64,000 nucleotides of DNA, from NCBI RefSeq assembly GCF_001194135.2, contig NC_068985.1, positions 103,304,070 to 103,368,069 of the forward strand. Reading direction: 5' to 3'. Positions 12,601-25,081 of the stretch are shown in pieces. A program made the translations under genes and the position numbers. The stretch comes from Octopus bimaculoides. Its lineage: Eukaryota. Under the pieces are notes generated by a model, which saw nothing but the letters and a program-made list of their open reading frames with translations, was not told where the DNA came from and searched no databases. Each line of letters opens with the position of its first letter. Position 1 is the first letter of the stretch.

Positions 12601-13344
12601 AACTAAGTCACACACAAATGAAAAGAACATGCATATAGATATGAAAATAAGCAGATATATATATACAACACTGATACAAAATACATGACATTCATAAAAA
12701 CTATCACACAGAGAAGCCTAGAAACATGCATGTGTGTACACACACTCAGTTCTCTAAAATCAGCTGTAGAGTTACATAACAGTCAAAATTATGAATTCAA
12801 TTCATTTCACTCTCAGACATCTCTGTCACTCTTCTTACACAGTTTTCTCTTTATTGCTCTCTTTCTATTCTCTCTCTCTCTCTCTACCTCTCTCACTCTC
12901 TTGAACCTTTCTCTCTATCACATTTTCTCTATATAGATAAAAAGATATTTATACCATGTCTTTCTATATGTTTATATACATGTTACATGCATATATTTTG
13001 CACACACACACAATAATTAGAAAAAAATGACAACAATTATAAACCCTAACACATGCACATAGGCACATACACACATGCATAGGCATACATACTTACTTTT
13101 CTGAATGTTTGTTTGCAAAATCAGTTACAGTATTTATGTAACAGCCCAAAAATGTCAATATAATTTATTTTTGTTTGTTCTATCTCATATTCATTTCATT
13201 CTGTCTTCTTACATTTCCCTCTCTCTATCTTCCTATCTATTTGTCTTCTGCCTCACCCCTCTTTCTCTCAGCCTTGTCTATCACATTCTCATATAGATAG
13301 ATAAATAGGTAAAAAGATAGATATGTGTGACTATATATATATAT

Positions 13345-13575
13345 CGGAGAATTTACGACAAAAACAACAGACGAAGACAGGTGGTGTAAACAACAAATGG
13401 ATGTATTAGTTTAACACTTGGGAATAGAGAAAGTCTTTGACGTTTCGAACCTACGCTCTTCAACTGAAAGGAACACAGAAAGAAACAAGGAGAGAAAAAA
13501 ATAAATGTAGTGGTCAGCGATCTATCATGGTGAATGCCGGACAAAAGGATCACACAGGAGAGCTAAGAAAAAGGG
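13345..13575 (-). mobile_element. Penelope-like pseudo-LTR with minimal hammerhead-like motif
   Basis: Minus strand ctttCAGTTGA-A-GAGC-gtag-GTTC-GAAA-cg-TC-aaag at 13470-13435. Confidence 0.65.
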
Positions 13576-13664
13576 AAGATAACATATATACGTACTTACA
13601 TACATACATACATTCATACATACATACATACATACATACATGCATGCATAGATGTATATATTAT

Positions 13665-13830
13665 ATCATCATCATTATCTAATGTCCGTGTTCCATGCTG
13701 GCACTGGTTAGATGGTTTGACAAGATCCAGTAGTCCCAAAGGTCACATCATGCTCCAGTTTTTTTGTTTACCATGGTTTCTGTGACTGGATGTCCTTCCT
13801 AATGCCAACCACTTAACAGCATGATAATAT
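13665..13830 (-). mobile_element. RTE tail element
   Basis: (cat)n-ctaatgtccgtgttccatgctggc...ggatgtccttcctaatgccaaccact is the reverse complement of the RTE tail. Confidence 0.65.
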
Positions 13831-13839
13831 TTTAATTAC

Positions 13840-14070
13840 AATCAAAGACATGTCCTATGAACAGATCAGGATTGCAAGAACCCTAAGAAAAATGTGAACT
13901 GTGCAAATCCAGAGTCACCTCCTTGCCTTCAGACTCAGAAGACCCCTTATACTTGACCTGTGGCAGAGCCTTCCAAGCATACATCAAACTGATGAGCCAC
14001 AGCTGAACACACCGAGCCCCATCTTCTTCCATGTGATGTTCTTGGTCATTGTTGACAACAGATGAAATAA
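13840..14070 (+). mobile_element. RTE (BovB-like) 3' end
   Basis: C-terminal zinc-finger-like TCGRAFQAYIKLMSHS and 3' tail ggtcattgttgacaacagatg. Confidence 0.55.
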
Positions 14071-14329
14071 TACGAAATAAAATAATTACATATCAGGTTA
14101 TTCAGAAAGTTTTGATTATGAGTTTGAATCTGTTGAGACTTGTTTTTCGTAAAAGTTATAAATATTAGTGGCATTCACTGATGGATAATCATTTCATGAA
14201 GTGTTCTCATAGAGAAAAACTATATTTTGAAAATTACTTTTTACATGGTCATTCATGGCTGAAGAGGGTCTTTTTTTCTTCCTATTATTATTTGATTATT
14301 AAGGACTCTCTCATTCGCCTTGTACCTTG

Positions 14330-14635
14330 AGGTTACACTTTCACCATATCACTCTTTCCAACTGGGAGTGATATATTCTTGTCCCACTCTCATATTCTCA
14401 CTTTCATCACTACTATACCCCACTCAGTTGAGAGATCTTATCTTGTGAGTGTTTGATGACCTTGTTAGTACAGGTGCTGTGAAAAAAATGATCCCAGTAC
14501 GCTCTGTAAAATGGTTGGCATTAGGAATATGATCCAGCTGTAAATATCATACTAAAGCTGGCTGAATCAGTTTATCTCAAAACATTCATCTCTTGTCAGC
14601 ATGAAAAAAAAAACAGACATTAAATAATGATGATA
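14330..14635 (+). mobile_element. RTE 3' UTR and tail
   Basis: cccagtacgctctgtaaaatggttggcattagg...gacattaaataatgatgat. Confidence 0.6.
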
Positions 14636-14929
14636 CTGTTATGTGAAAACACTTACTTTTAATCAACTTTATTATATTCAACCTATGTGGCACGGAAAGG
14701 GTATGACAACAGGTAAAACCAATATTAATGATGCGCAACAATGAGCATTATACCATGTCAGAAAATTTCATCCAAGTTCACGCAGTCATAATATTTTATG
14801 ATATTTTATGATTTTTATACTAGACTAACAGCATTTTGTCAAAGTTTCTAGTTTCTATCAGGATCAAGAAATTTATCTAGAGAAAGCACTTTGGGACATT
14901 TCTAAATGTTTTATTGACTCATCTATTAG

Positions 14930-15110
14930 TATTGGGTCATCCCATAAATAATGCAGTTTTTTCAATTGCATGAACTAAAAGTCGGAAGGGATGGGATAAG
15001 CTACCTGCATCAATTTGCTATAAAAGCAGGTAGTAATTTTACCTTGTGCTTATTCTTAGTGTGAGTTTTGAAGAGTGCAGTTAGATTTTAACAGTTATTT
15101 TTTTCAAAGC
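14930..15110 (+). mobile_element. mariner 5' terminal fragment
   Basis: TA-ttgggtcatcccataaataatgcagtttttt TIR-type start; no transposase follows. Confidence 0.5.
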
Positions 15111-15982
15111 TATAATGAAAGTGACTAATAAAAATAAGAATTTGTAGTACAAATATTAGAGTCTATAATATTTTACTACATATGTTTCAGAAAGTCAAAT
15201 TAGAAATAATATTCTTTTGTTTTTGTTTTTTTTTATAATTGTTCAAAAGTACTAGCTTTAACAGTTGAGAAAAAAAATTATCATTCTGAATAATGATGAA
15301 TTGAATATGCTCCATCAGTTCAACTTTAATTATATAGTCTTGGTCAGAGATGGTGACACAGTACCGTGTTCCATCAACAGAACCATTATCACCTTTATTT
15401 AGTCTTTATTTTCTGGAGAGAAGATTAGGGCTTAATTTAATTTGTCTACTGCAAATTATTCATCTCACTTGTTTCTTTATTATTGGCAAAATTTATTACC
15501 ACATATATTGCGGAATAAAAATGCAAGACATAAGAGCAAGAAATGAAACAATAGTTAAATTATTAGATGGAAGAAGAAAATATAAAATGAAAATAAACAA
15601 ATCTTTACTAATTGAAAACAGTAAGAAGTAGAAAAGAAAATTTAACTATTATTTTACTTTATGTATTTTGAGCATCTAACATGAAATCTTCTGTATTTTC
15701 CTTTGCAATATTTCTTATTTGCAAGCTAGCATTTTACCTGGATATTTCTTTTTCTCCCTTGCTCGTATGTGTGTGTGTGACAGAGAGAGAGAGAGAGAGA
15801 GAGAGTGTGCGTGTGTGTGCATGTGTGTGTATGCATGCATGTATGTGTGTTATTATGTTTTGCAATCATACTTATTTTATTTTACCAACTGCTACTTTTT
15901 TTATTCTGACATGTTTTGCTTAACTGAAAAAATGACCAGTAATCACCTCTTGAGTTGTTATGGCTTCCATTTTACACTTCAT

Positions 15983-16039
15983 TTCTTCTTCTTCTTCTTC
16001 TTCTTCTTCTTCTTCTTCTTCTTCTTCTTCTTCTTCTTC
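15983..16039. repeat. (CTT)n microsatellite
   Basis: Perfect CTT run. Confidence 0.95.
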
Positions 16040-16468
16040 TGTTGGTGAGTGCCTGCTTATCATTTAGTTGTTGACATCACTGTAAATCATTTTATGATTT
16101 TGACATCTGTGTTTTTAACGAGTAATGCTTTTTTTTTTCTTTTGTTTTTACTGAATTAGCAATTCTCACGAATTCTTTAGATTCTCATACTTCTATTGTG
16201 TTAAAAATCTTTTCTTGAAATCTATTTTTATATTTAATTGCAAACATTGATTTCCGTCATGGAAATAAAGCAAAATTAAAATGCAATAAAAATAAATCAA
16301 TAAATGTGAACACTAAAAAGATATGTATGCATAAATTAATAACTGAAATCCATAAGAGCGTCAAGAAACAAATTAACCAATGTTCTTATAGATGACACTA
16401 ATTATTTGTCTTTTTTATTAACTGCCTAGAAATTATTTCCTCTTTAATATTCTTGTTTAATGTTTCAG

Positions 16469-16503
16469 TTGGGAATTAGTAATTCTCAAATTATAGAATC
16501 CAA
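16469..16503 (+). CDS. candidate micro-exon (LGISNSQIIES)
   Basis: Acceptor ttcttgtttaatgtttcAG, donor AA|GTaaat; only phase 0 open; no phase-matched neighbour established. Confidence 0.25.
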
Positions 16504-17859
16504 GTAAATATTCTATTTTAAAAATAAATAAATAAATAAATAAAAATAATAAAACTAAGTACAATCCATCATTATTGTCTGCATCTGAATCTTATGATGC
16601 AGCTAATTAGTATAGCCTCACTACATGAAAGAAACTTTTGTGTTGTATGCATACAAGAAATACATAAGAAATATAAAGAAACAAGGAGATAACAGATAAA
16701 AGGAATTTTTAAATTATTTCATATAACTAAGGTTATGTAATTCTCAAGAATTATGAATAGTTTTGGCTATATTTAATGAACAACCTCTTGTATTTGCATT
16801 TTTATCTACATATCTTATTCTCTGATCATCTTATGTCATATTTCTACACCATATACATGCACACACTTAAATATAGACATATGAACATGTGTGTATATCC
16901 TATATATGCTTGGATCAGGCTGGAATTTCAAACTAGGATGTGGCTAGTCTTATTCATTAGAACTTAGTTTTATAGGTTAGCTGCCTCTATTAAATAAACA
17001 TGCAAGCACACTAGGTTGTAAACTCCAGAAGAAACTGACAAAAGAAATGATTCTCTACTTCATTAAGTTACTGGTAAGCTGGTTTATTGTGAAATTAATA
17101 AAAGCAGAGATCAACTGAAAGATATTTATGGAAAGACCATTTTCTAAATAGTATTAATAGTACTTAGATGAATTGATAAACGATTGATGAGAATAGCTGC
17201 AGGTCATAGACCAAACTGAGCATTAAAACACATGTGTATTGAGTAATAAGACAGTATGATGATTTGATAGAATAGTTAATCAAATAATAAAACTGAAGAA
17301 AGGTGAAATATTTCATATCAAGATAGTTGCACTTCATATTTATAGAGTAGCAATATAGAAGTAGTAAAACAAGTCTTGCCAATATCTTTCAACTAGAAAA
17401 TAAGACAATGCAATAGAAGAAAGATAATTAACAGTTAAGTGCCAGTAGCAGATATATGCTTTTCAAATTCAATTACCACATATAATTTGCACTTGTTCTC
17501 AATAACTATTTTTTAGATGTCCTTTCATAAGTTCTCTATTTATCCATGTATCGTCACCCAACTTTAAACATATGACTCAGGATAAATGACATATCTAATG
17601 TTTGGCAACTTTTCTATTTTATCTGGAATTAATCCATTGCCACAGTCTTTAGATTAATTCCATATAAATCATAAATTTCATAAGATAAACACAGTTAAAT
17701 TTATAGAAGGTACACACTATTAGGCTTTTCAGTTAACAAAACAAAGGCTGCTAATAATTCTTCCACAGTTTGTGTGCATATACAAGTATGTACACACACA
17801 TAGAACATATGTATATACATACACGTGTGTGTGTGTGTCTGTCTGTGTGTGTGTATGTA

Positions 17860-19098
17860 TCAGGTTGAGTAAAAAGTAAACAATGTTTTGAACCATGAAG
17901 AATTTGTACCAGAGTGTTGCAGAGTTTTGAATTTTCTAAAAAATTTTTTTGCCATTGTCTGGTAATACAGGCATAGACTTGTCCAAATGCATCAATAAAT
18001 TAACATTGATCTTTTTTTCACCGTTGTTACAATCATCTGAAATGAAACTGTCAAAGGGCAATATTCGAGCAATTTTGCTATATTCAACTTCAAAAAAGGA
18101 CGTAAAGCAACTGAAACTGCTCGTGATATCAATGAAACGTTTGGTGAGGAAATGACCAGTGAGTGGTCAGCTGGAAAATGGTTTAAACAATTTTGCAGTG
18201 GAGGCCTGAGCCTTGAAGATCGTGAGTGTAGTGGACGCCCATCTGTCATCGATGACGATCAATTAAAGACTGTCATTGAGAAAGCTTCACATGAAACCAC
18301 TCGAGAACTGGCAAAAGAACTTCAAGTTAGCCAGAAAACTGCCTGCAACTATTTGCATGCAATCAGAAAATCAGAAAAGCTCGACAAATGGGTACTACAT
18401 GATTTGAATGAAAATTAGAAAATTAAAAATTTGCTCGTCGCTTCTTCTCTATAATCAGACTGATCCATTTCTTGACCATATTGTAACTTGCGATGAAAAG
18501 TGGATTCGGTACAATAATAAAAAACGTCCTTCCCAGTGGTTAGACCAAAATGAAGCACCGAAAACCTTCCCTAATCCCAAGCTCTTCAAAATTAAGGTTA
18601 TGGTGACTGTTTGGTGGTGTACTGCTGGACTCATCCACTATAACTTCTTAAAACCCAGAAAAATCATTACTGCAGAAACATATTGCCATGAAATTCCCAA
18701 CATGAAGGAAAAACTGCTACTCCTCCATCCCATACTAGTCAACAGAAGAGGGCTAATCATTCTTCATGACAATACTTTGACCACACTCATCACTAATGAT
18801 GCTCCAGAAGTTGAGGGAACTTGGCTACAAGGTTCTTCCTCACCCAGCTTATTACTCCTACTGACTACCACTTGATGGTTTCCTGTGAGAGAAGGGATTC
18901 AAAAATCAAACTGATGCTGAAAGTGCATTCATCAGCTCCAGAACTCCAGATTTTTATGTTACCAGAATAAACAACTCGTTGGCAAAAATGTGTTGATTGT
19001 AATGGTACTTACTTTGATGAATAAAATTCCCACATTGTTGAAATATATTGTGATGAATTTCATGTTTCAAAACGTTGCTTTTTTTTTACTCAGCCTGA
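17860..19098 (+). mobile_element. full-length mariner (Hsmar1/cecropia-like) with degenerate DD34D transposase
   Basis: TIRs tcaggttgagtaaaaag..ttttgaaccatgaa / ttcatgtttcaaaa..ttttactcagcctga, TA at 17858-59 and 19099-100; motifs LEDRECSGRP, KLDKWVLHDL, IVTCDEKWI.YNN, KVMVTVWW, LHDN; several frameshifts and stops. Confidence 0.95.
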
Positions 19099-19216
19099 TA
19101 TATATATGTGTGTGTGTGTGTGTGTATGTATGTGTGTGTGTGTGTGTGTGTGTGTATGTATGCGTGTGTGTGTGTATATGTATGTGTGTGTGTGTGTGGT
19201 AACATACAAGTATGTA

Positions 19217-19434
19217 CGAGGGGTGCTGAAAAGTTCCGGGCTTTAAGGGTATTACAAAAGATCTGGTTGAAGGCCCAACCTTCTGAGTTGTTTTACAGAG
19301 CTTACAGAAACTGAAGGACTGCTGCAAGTGTATGAATCTGAGAAGGGGATATGTTGAATAAAATCTTAATTAATTGATCCTTCTGAATTTTTTTTTTTTC
19401 ACCCAAAAGGCAGGAACTTTTCAGCATCCCCTTG
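19217..19434 (+). mobile_element. mariner-derived MITE (218 bp)
   Basis: TIRs cgaggggtgctgaaaagttcc / ggaacttttcagcatccccttg with TA on both sides; TIR related to the element at 1756. Confidence 0.9.
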
Positions 19435-19689
19435 TATATATGTATATGTATACGCACGTCATTTTAGAAGCTCCAAGGAAGCTATAAAGTGGTGCACAAG
19501 TACTCCGCTCTGAGTGCACTACATCTTATGGCAGAAACAGCTATAGTTCATTGCATAAGTTTATATACCTTTGTTATTTATTTAATTTCATGTATGTGTG
19601 TGGAGATATATATATGTATACATATATATTATATAAAATTCATATATATGATTTTATATATATATATTATAATATAGTGATTGTTTAAT

Positions 19690-20380
19690 CTTCACAGATG
19701 ATTGTCATCTCTCTGTGCTTTGTTGTTGTCAATGACATTTCTGACATTCCATTTATGACCTCTTAGATAACTATTCAGTCCCATTGCAGATCTGCATAGT
19801 TTGAAACACAGGTGACAAATGAAAGTTGTAACTTCCACTGGATTGATCTGATCACTTTGTGAGATATGATGCCTGTGAATTACCATATCTCTCTTCAGTC
19901 CTGAAATCAATCTCGCAAACTGTTTTATATACTATGCATGTTGAATCACCTGGCCTTGGAGGAAGGACATTGCATACATTTGATCTTTCATGGGATGTCA
20001 TATTGTTGACATACACAGCCTTAGAAAGGAGTACATGACCAAATGTTTCACACCTCCCAAACTTTATGTTCTCCCTGAGGTTCTGGTAAGAGCCATTTTG
20101 ACGCAAGTGCTTTAGAATTTCATGCTCAATGCAATCCTCTTTAAAAGTTTTACAACCTTCCCTTATACACTTCCTCCACTCGACTCTTCCCACAGCTAAT
20201 TCTTCCCTGTTCTTTACACAGATTTTCAACTCATTCAGGTTGCCTCTTATGCGGCCTTTGTACCTTTGTTTTGGTTTGTGCTGAGGATGCTTTTCAGTAC
20301 ACAGCTCACCATTGAATAGCTGCTTTGGAATCCCATTATTTCCCATATGCACAAGCCCTGTCCAACACATATAAGCAGAT
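19690..20380 (-). mobile_element. RTE LINE 3' coding end
   Basis: ORF 19852-20451: W.G..HMGNNGIPKQLFNGEL..KH...KPKQRYK; terminal C2H2-like FICHLCFKLCRSAMGLNSYLRGH. Confidence 0.85.
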
Positions 20381-20960
20381 ATGATGAGGGGCTTTAGATC
20401 GGATAGAGGAAAAGTGGACATGATATTCTCTTCTAGACAAGAAAGATGCACTGAGCTGCAGGGGCCTTTATATCAAGTCTTTGTTGATTTAACAAAAGTT
20501 TTTGAAACAGACAACAGAAATACATTGCAGACAACCCTTGGAAATGTTTGGTTCCCACCTCTATTTGTCAGTATGTTTAAGCAGTTGCAACAAGACATGA
20601 AAACTTGGGTTGTTTTTAACAGAAAATTCTTTGATTAAATTCTGATTGACAGTGGAGTAAAGCAAGGTGAAATTCTTGCTCTCACACTTTTTTTTTATAC
20701 TCAGTGCTGCTCTGCTTACATGTGCATTCCACAACTGTGACAAGGATGTCTTCTTGCAGTTCAGAACTACTAAAAGAGTCTTCAACTTGAGAAGGTTCAA
20801 CTTCAAGTTGGAAACATTTGAAACTTTGATCAGGAAATTCTTTTATGCCGGTGATGTTGACCTCATGGCTCACACTGTTGATGATATACAACATCTTATG
20901 GGCTGTTTTGTTGTTTCATGTACAGCCTTTGGTCTTAAAATAAGCCTGGTAAAGAAACAC
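20381..20960 (+). mobile_element. RTE LINE RT-domain fragment, inverted relative to 19690-20380
   Basis: GFRSDRGKVDMIFSSRQ, PLYQVFVDLTKVFET, SGVKQG, FNLRRF, FFYAGDVDL, FGLKIS motifs. Confidence 0.85.
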
Positions 20961-21467
20961 ATATGTATACAGATTTAATTAAGATAAAAATTGTCCAAAA
21001 AACTTATATTGATATATCAAAAATACATATAAAAATACATATAAAAATATATGAATATTAAAAATATATATGGACATATAAATATATGAATATACAAACA
21101 TAGTAATAATATAATGCATTTCTACCATAAACATCACTTTTTCCCCAATGAAGGAGACATTCTCGGAAAATGAATTTTAAGATTTATTTTTTACTCGGAG
21201 GATTGAACCCTTGAAACGGTCGAAGGAATATTTTCTTTTAATATGTAACCTAAAACTTTTTTTGATGTCTATTATTTTCTCTTCACTATATTTTTAATTC
21301 TTTTTTTTTTAAAAACATTTTTATCTGTAATCGAATACTTCATTATATTATTACTATGTTTATATATTCATATATTTATATGTCCATATATATTTTTATA
21401 TGTATTTTTAATATATCAATATATGTTTTGGGGGCAATTTTTATCTTAATCAAATCCGTATACATAT
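20961..21467. mobile_element. foldback element: long inverted arms around a Penelope-type hammerhead-like core
   Basis: Arms 20961-21116 and 21341-21467 align as reverse complements over 127 nt with 8 mismatches and a 29-nt insertion in the left arm. Confidence 0.8.
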
Positions 21468-21560
21468 ATGTTCATTGTAGTTTGCCTGATTTGATCTTTC
21501 TCCATTCCATTTATTATTCTGTATGTATGTATGTATGTGTGTGTGTGTGTGTATATATAC

Positions 21561-21640
<80 letters not shown>

Positions 21641-21959
21641 ACAGACTCCATACACACACTTTTTAAATTAATATTTTTGAGATTAATATGTATGTTTGAA
21701 AATACACATTTCAACAAAAGGCATAAGTCATTTCACACCTACCAAATTGTATGCTCTTCAAATAATCGTTTTATACCTTCATATTTGAAATGTCATTTAT
21801 AATCTCCTTTAAGTTCTATTGTATTTAGTTGTGGCCAGCTAGAAATGTTGATTAAACTTTAAATTTCATGATCAATATCCAGTTAAAAATCTATTTCTAC
21901 TTACAAAGTGTCCTTGAGCATTTGATATAAGATTTAATTTTAGAATTTATGCTACATTG

Positions 21960-22129
21960 CACAGGCATGGCTACAAGTGCAGGTATGCTTGTGTTGTTAA
22001 GAACTTTGCTTCCAAATCACATGGTTTTGGGTTCAATATGTGTGGCACCTTGGGCAAGTAATTTCTGCTATAACCCTAGTCTGATCAAAGCCTTGAGTGG
22101 ATCTGGTTGACAGAAACTGAAAGAAACCC

Positions 22130-22135
<6 letters not shown>
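21960..22135 (+). mobile_element. tRNA-derived SINE
   Basis: gttaagaactttgcttcc..gggttcaat..gtggcaccttgggcaag..aaagccttgagtggatctggttgacagaaactgaaagaa followed by (TG)n. Confidence 0.7.
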
Positions 22136-22162
<27 letters not shown>

Positions 22163-23723
22163 TTGAGGAGAAGAGAAGCTGTTATAATAAAAGTAGATGA
22201 TACAGCCTGTAGTTGTAGTATTTTGAAGAACGGGTTTTTCTAGTTACCTGAAAGATTCGTATGTGTAGTACCAATAATGTCTTAAATATGTAAGCAGTAT
22301 CCTTATATACAATTACCATTAGCACTGTAAAGAGTCAGCCATTGATCAGGTCTGAATTCTACTGTTGTGAGCACGCTTAACTAAATTCAGTGCAGATTAT
22401 TTATTCAATGAACATCAAATACCTTCTTGTTATACCTCAGATTTGTTTTCTGTACTTGCTTGGTCTGTTGCTGCCCTTTACATTTGTGAATTTTACTAGA
22501 CAACATTCTACTTCAGTTGTATGTTTCATTTAATCATCTATTGTTATACATTAATCTATAAAAGTTGAAAAAAAGGAAACATTGGTTACTACTCATAATA
22601 CTTTGTTGTAAATTATGTATGCATTTTTTTTTTTTTGTTATTGAGATTGAACGATTGAAAATGTTTAATTCCCAATGCCAATTCCCAATTTTAGCAAATG
22701 TGTCACATCTATTTACTACCTTTCCAATACAGTTATTCTAAAGTTACCCTTTTGATTTGGACATATTGTTATGCCCACATACACATGCTTAAAAGTAGTT
22801 TTCTTTATAATGGAGCCAGGGTGTATGTGTTTGCATGTATGTATAAGGTAATTTTGTTTAAAGAATCTGTTGTAATTGTAAATGTAGGTATTGACTGTAC
22901 ATAAAAGCACAAAAATAAAGCAAAAGCTTTCTTTTTTCTTATATGTCCAGTACATCTTTAATACATACAAGTGATCATAGATAGATTGACTCGTTATGCA
23001 ATATACTAAAGAAATATGTATTAAAACTTGTAATCAAAGAAACAACTGAGGAGGAATTTGTCAGAGAAATTTTATTGTTTAAGATGTATGGGACAGAATG
23101 CAGAAAAATTGATTAGCAAAAGGATATCAGATTTATGCCAAAGAAATAACATTGCCAATGCTAACATTTATACATGTTGATAATATAAGTTGAATGGGAA
23201 AATTTCTTAAACTGTACTTATATCAGAACTTGAAAAGTTAGGTTCTTAAGTTGTCATTTTACAAATATCTCTTGAAAATATATTTGAATATATTATTAAA
23301 TTGATGATTATGTATTTTTGTAATTAATTAACCATCTGTAAAATCATGTGCCATATCAAATTCCAAGGGCTTACCCTACTTAAAGCATCTAGTCTGCTAA
23401 TTAAGAGGGGAGGATATATTGATTATAAAAGAGACATTAAGCAGTTGTATGCATAAAAATATCTGAAGATAAATGGCAATACAGAAAATGTATTTTCCAT
23501 TATTATATATGTATGATGTCATCTATCGAAAGTAAAAATTTAATTTAAAAAAAAAAAAAAATTTATTCACAATCTCTTTTGGAAGTGCATAATCTGCCTT
23601 TAATACTACAGCTATCATTATCATTATTGAACATAACTTTGTGCGTTTGTGTGTGTGAACAAGTTGTAAAGAGATAAGTTGAAATCAGAATATTAAAAAA
23701 AAAAAAAACTTGAAACTAGATAT

Positions 23724-23759
<36 letters not shown>

Positions 23760-24296
23760 GCAGCAACAACAACAATATCAACAATATAAATATACCCCAT
23801 GTCCCAATCAATCTAAATTGTTTGGTATATTTTTATTAAATGTTGTTTTTTTACTTTGCATGCACAAATAAGTATTTTAGTGTGTTTGCCATATGTTAAA
23901 AAGAAATAAAATGTACATTGAAATGAATAATCAATGAAAGAAAGAAATGCTATTACATAGTATATATGTGTATATATACATACATGTGCATATATATGTA
24001 TACACACACTTTACATGCACATGCACACATGTGCATGAGCATATATATATAATGTGCATGTGTGTGTGTGTGTGTGTATACACACACAAGCATATATATA
24101 CATATGTGTATGTGTGTACTCACACAAACACACACACACATACACACACTATATTTATGCATATATTTATATCAGTGAAAATCAAAAGCTCAAATGGATT
24201 TTTCATCTTGCAGTGAATAAAAAGTATCTTTTTGATTATAATTCAAATGATTATGATTATAGTTGATTGTCTTCCTTAATCATCATCATTGTTTGA

Positions 24297-24338
<42 letters not shown>

Positions 24339-25030
24339 TATTACTATTATTATTATTAGTTTTATTATTATTTTCATATTTGATCTATATTAACAGTTGT
24401 TAGCATTTATCATTATTATGCGTGTGGCTACAGGAGGAAGATGCATCATTGATAACTTTTCAGGATGACAGCTTTGAAAAACAACACAAAAAAAAAAAAC
24501 TAAATTTATATTAACGTTGAAAAGAAAGAAAAATTGTGATAAAAATATTAACATGTTTCGAACAAGTTTGTTCTGTTTTCAATTTTTCTTTGTTCCATGT
24601 GTGTGTGTTTTGGTTTATATGTACAATGTTCCATGCTCCTGTATCCAACCACCTGTCTAAAATTTGTCTTTACCTGTTAATGAATGCATATTTTATGGCA
24701 GACCTTTTCAACTGGCATTATTTCCAGGTCTTCCAATTTGGCCTCCAGTCAAAATATTTGTTACAATAAGGACATTCATCATTTTAGTAACAATTACTTC
24801 TAGCAATAAATTATGGATTAAGAGCATTTAAAAATTTCTATTCTGGACTTTACACTCTCTCTGTCTTCTGACTCTCTCAATTTAATATTTTTGATATACA
24901 TGTATGAACATGTAGTCTCCCTAATTTTAATAAAGAGCCTATGTATTCCCTTTAATCTTATGTTTCTTTTACTTAAATTTTCTTTTTTTGTTTTTCTTAA
25001 TGGCTTTTGTTGATGTGACTATTTTTATAG

Positions 25031-25081
25031 TCGGATGCACTATATCTAAGCTATGAAGCAAAAGTAGGCATAGAAGCTAAG
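25031..25081 (+). CDS. candidate coding exon (SDALYLSYEAKVGIEAK)
   Basis: Acceptor gactatttttatAG, donor AAG|GTaaat; 51 nt, only phase 0 open. Confidence 0.55.

Noticed and set aside
14062-14096. 35-nt exon that would link 11565 to 16469 in phase
   Set aside because: Its acceptor lies inside the 3' tail of an RTE remnant and the donor is weak; phase match likely chance.
15290-15412. Strong minus-strand acceptor (ctaatcttctctccAG) followed by a protein-like frame
   Set aside because: All three frames hit a stop within 18 nt of the acceptor.
22987-23115. Open frame IDSLCNILKKYVLKLVIKETTEEEFVREILLFKMYG
   Set aside because: No polypyrimidine acceptor, no donor, no recognisable homology.
24670-24810. 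Minus-strand ECPYCNKYF zinc-finger-like peptide with a good donor
   Set aside because: Frame stops before any His pair; no frame is open between acceptor and donor.
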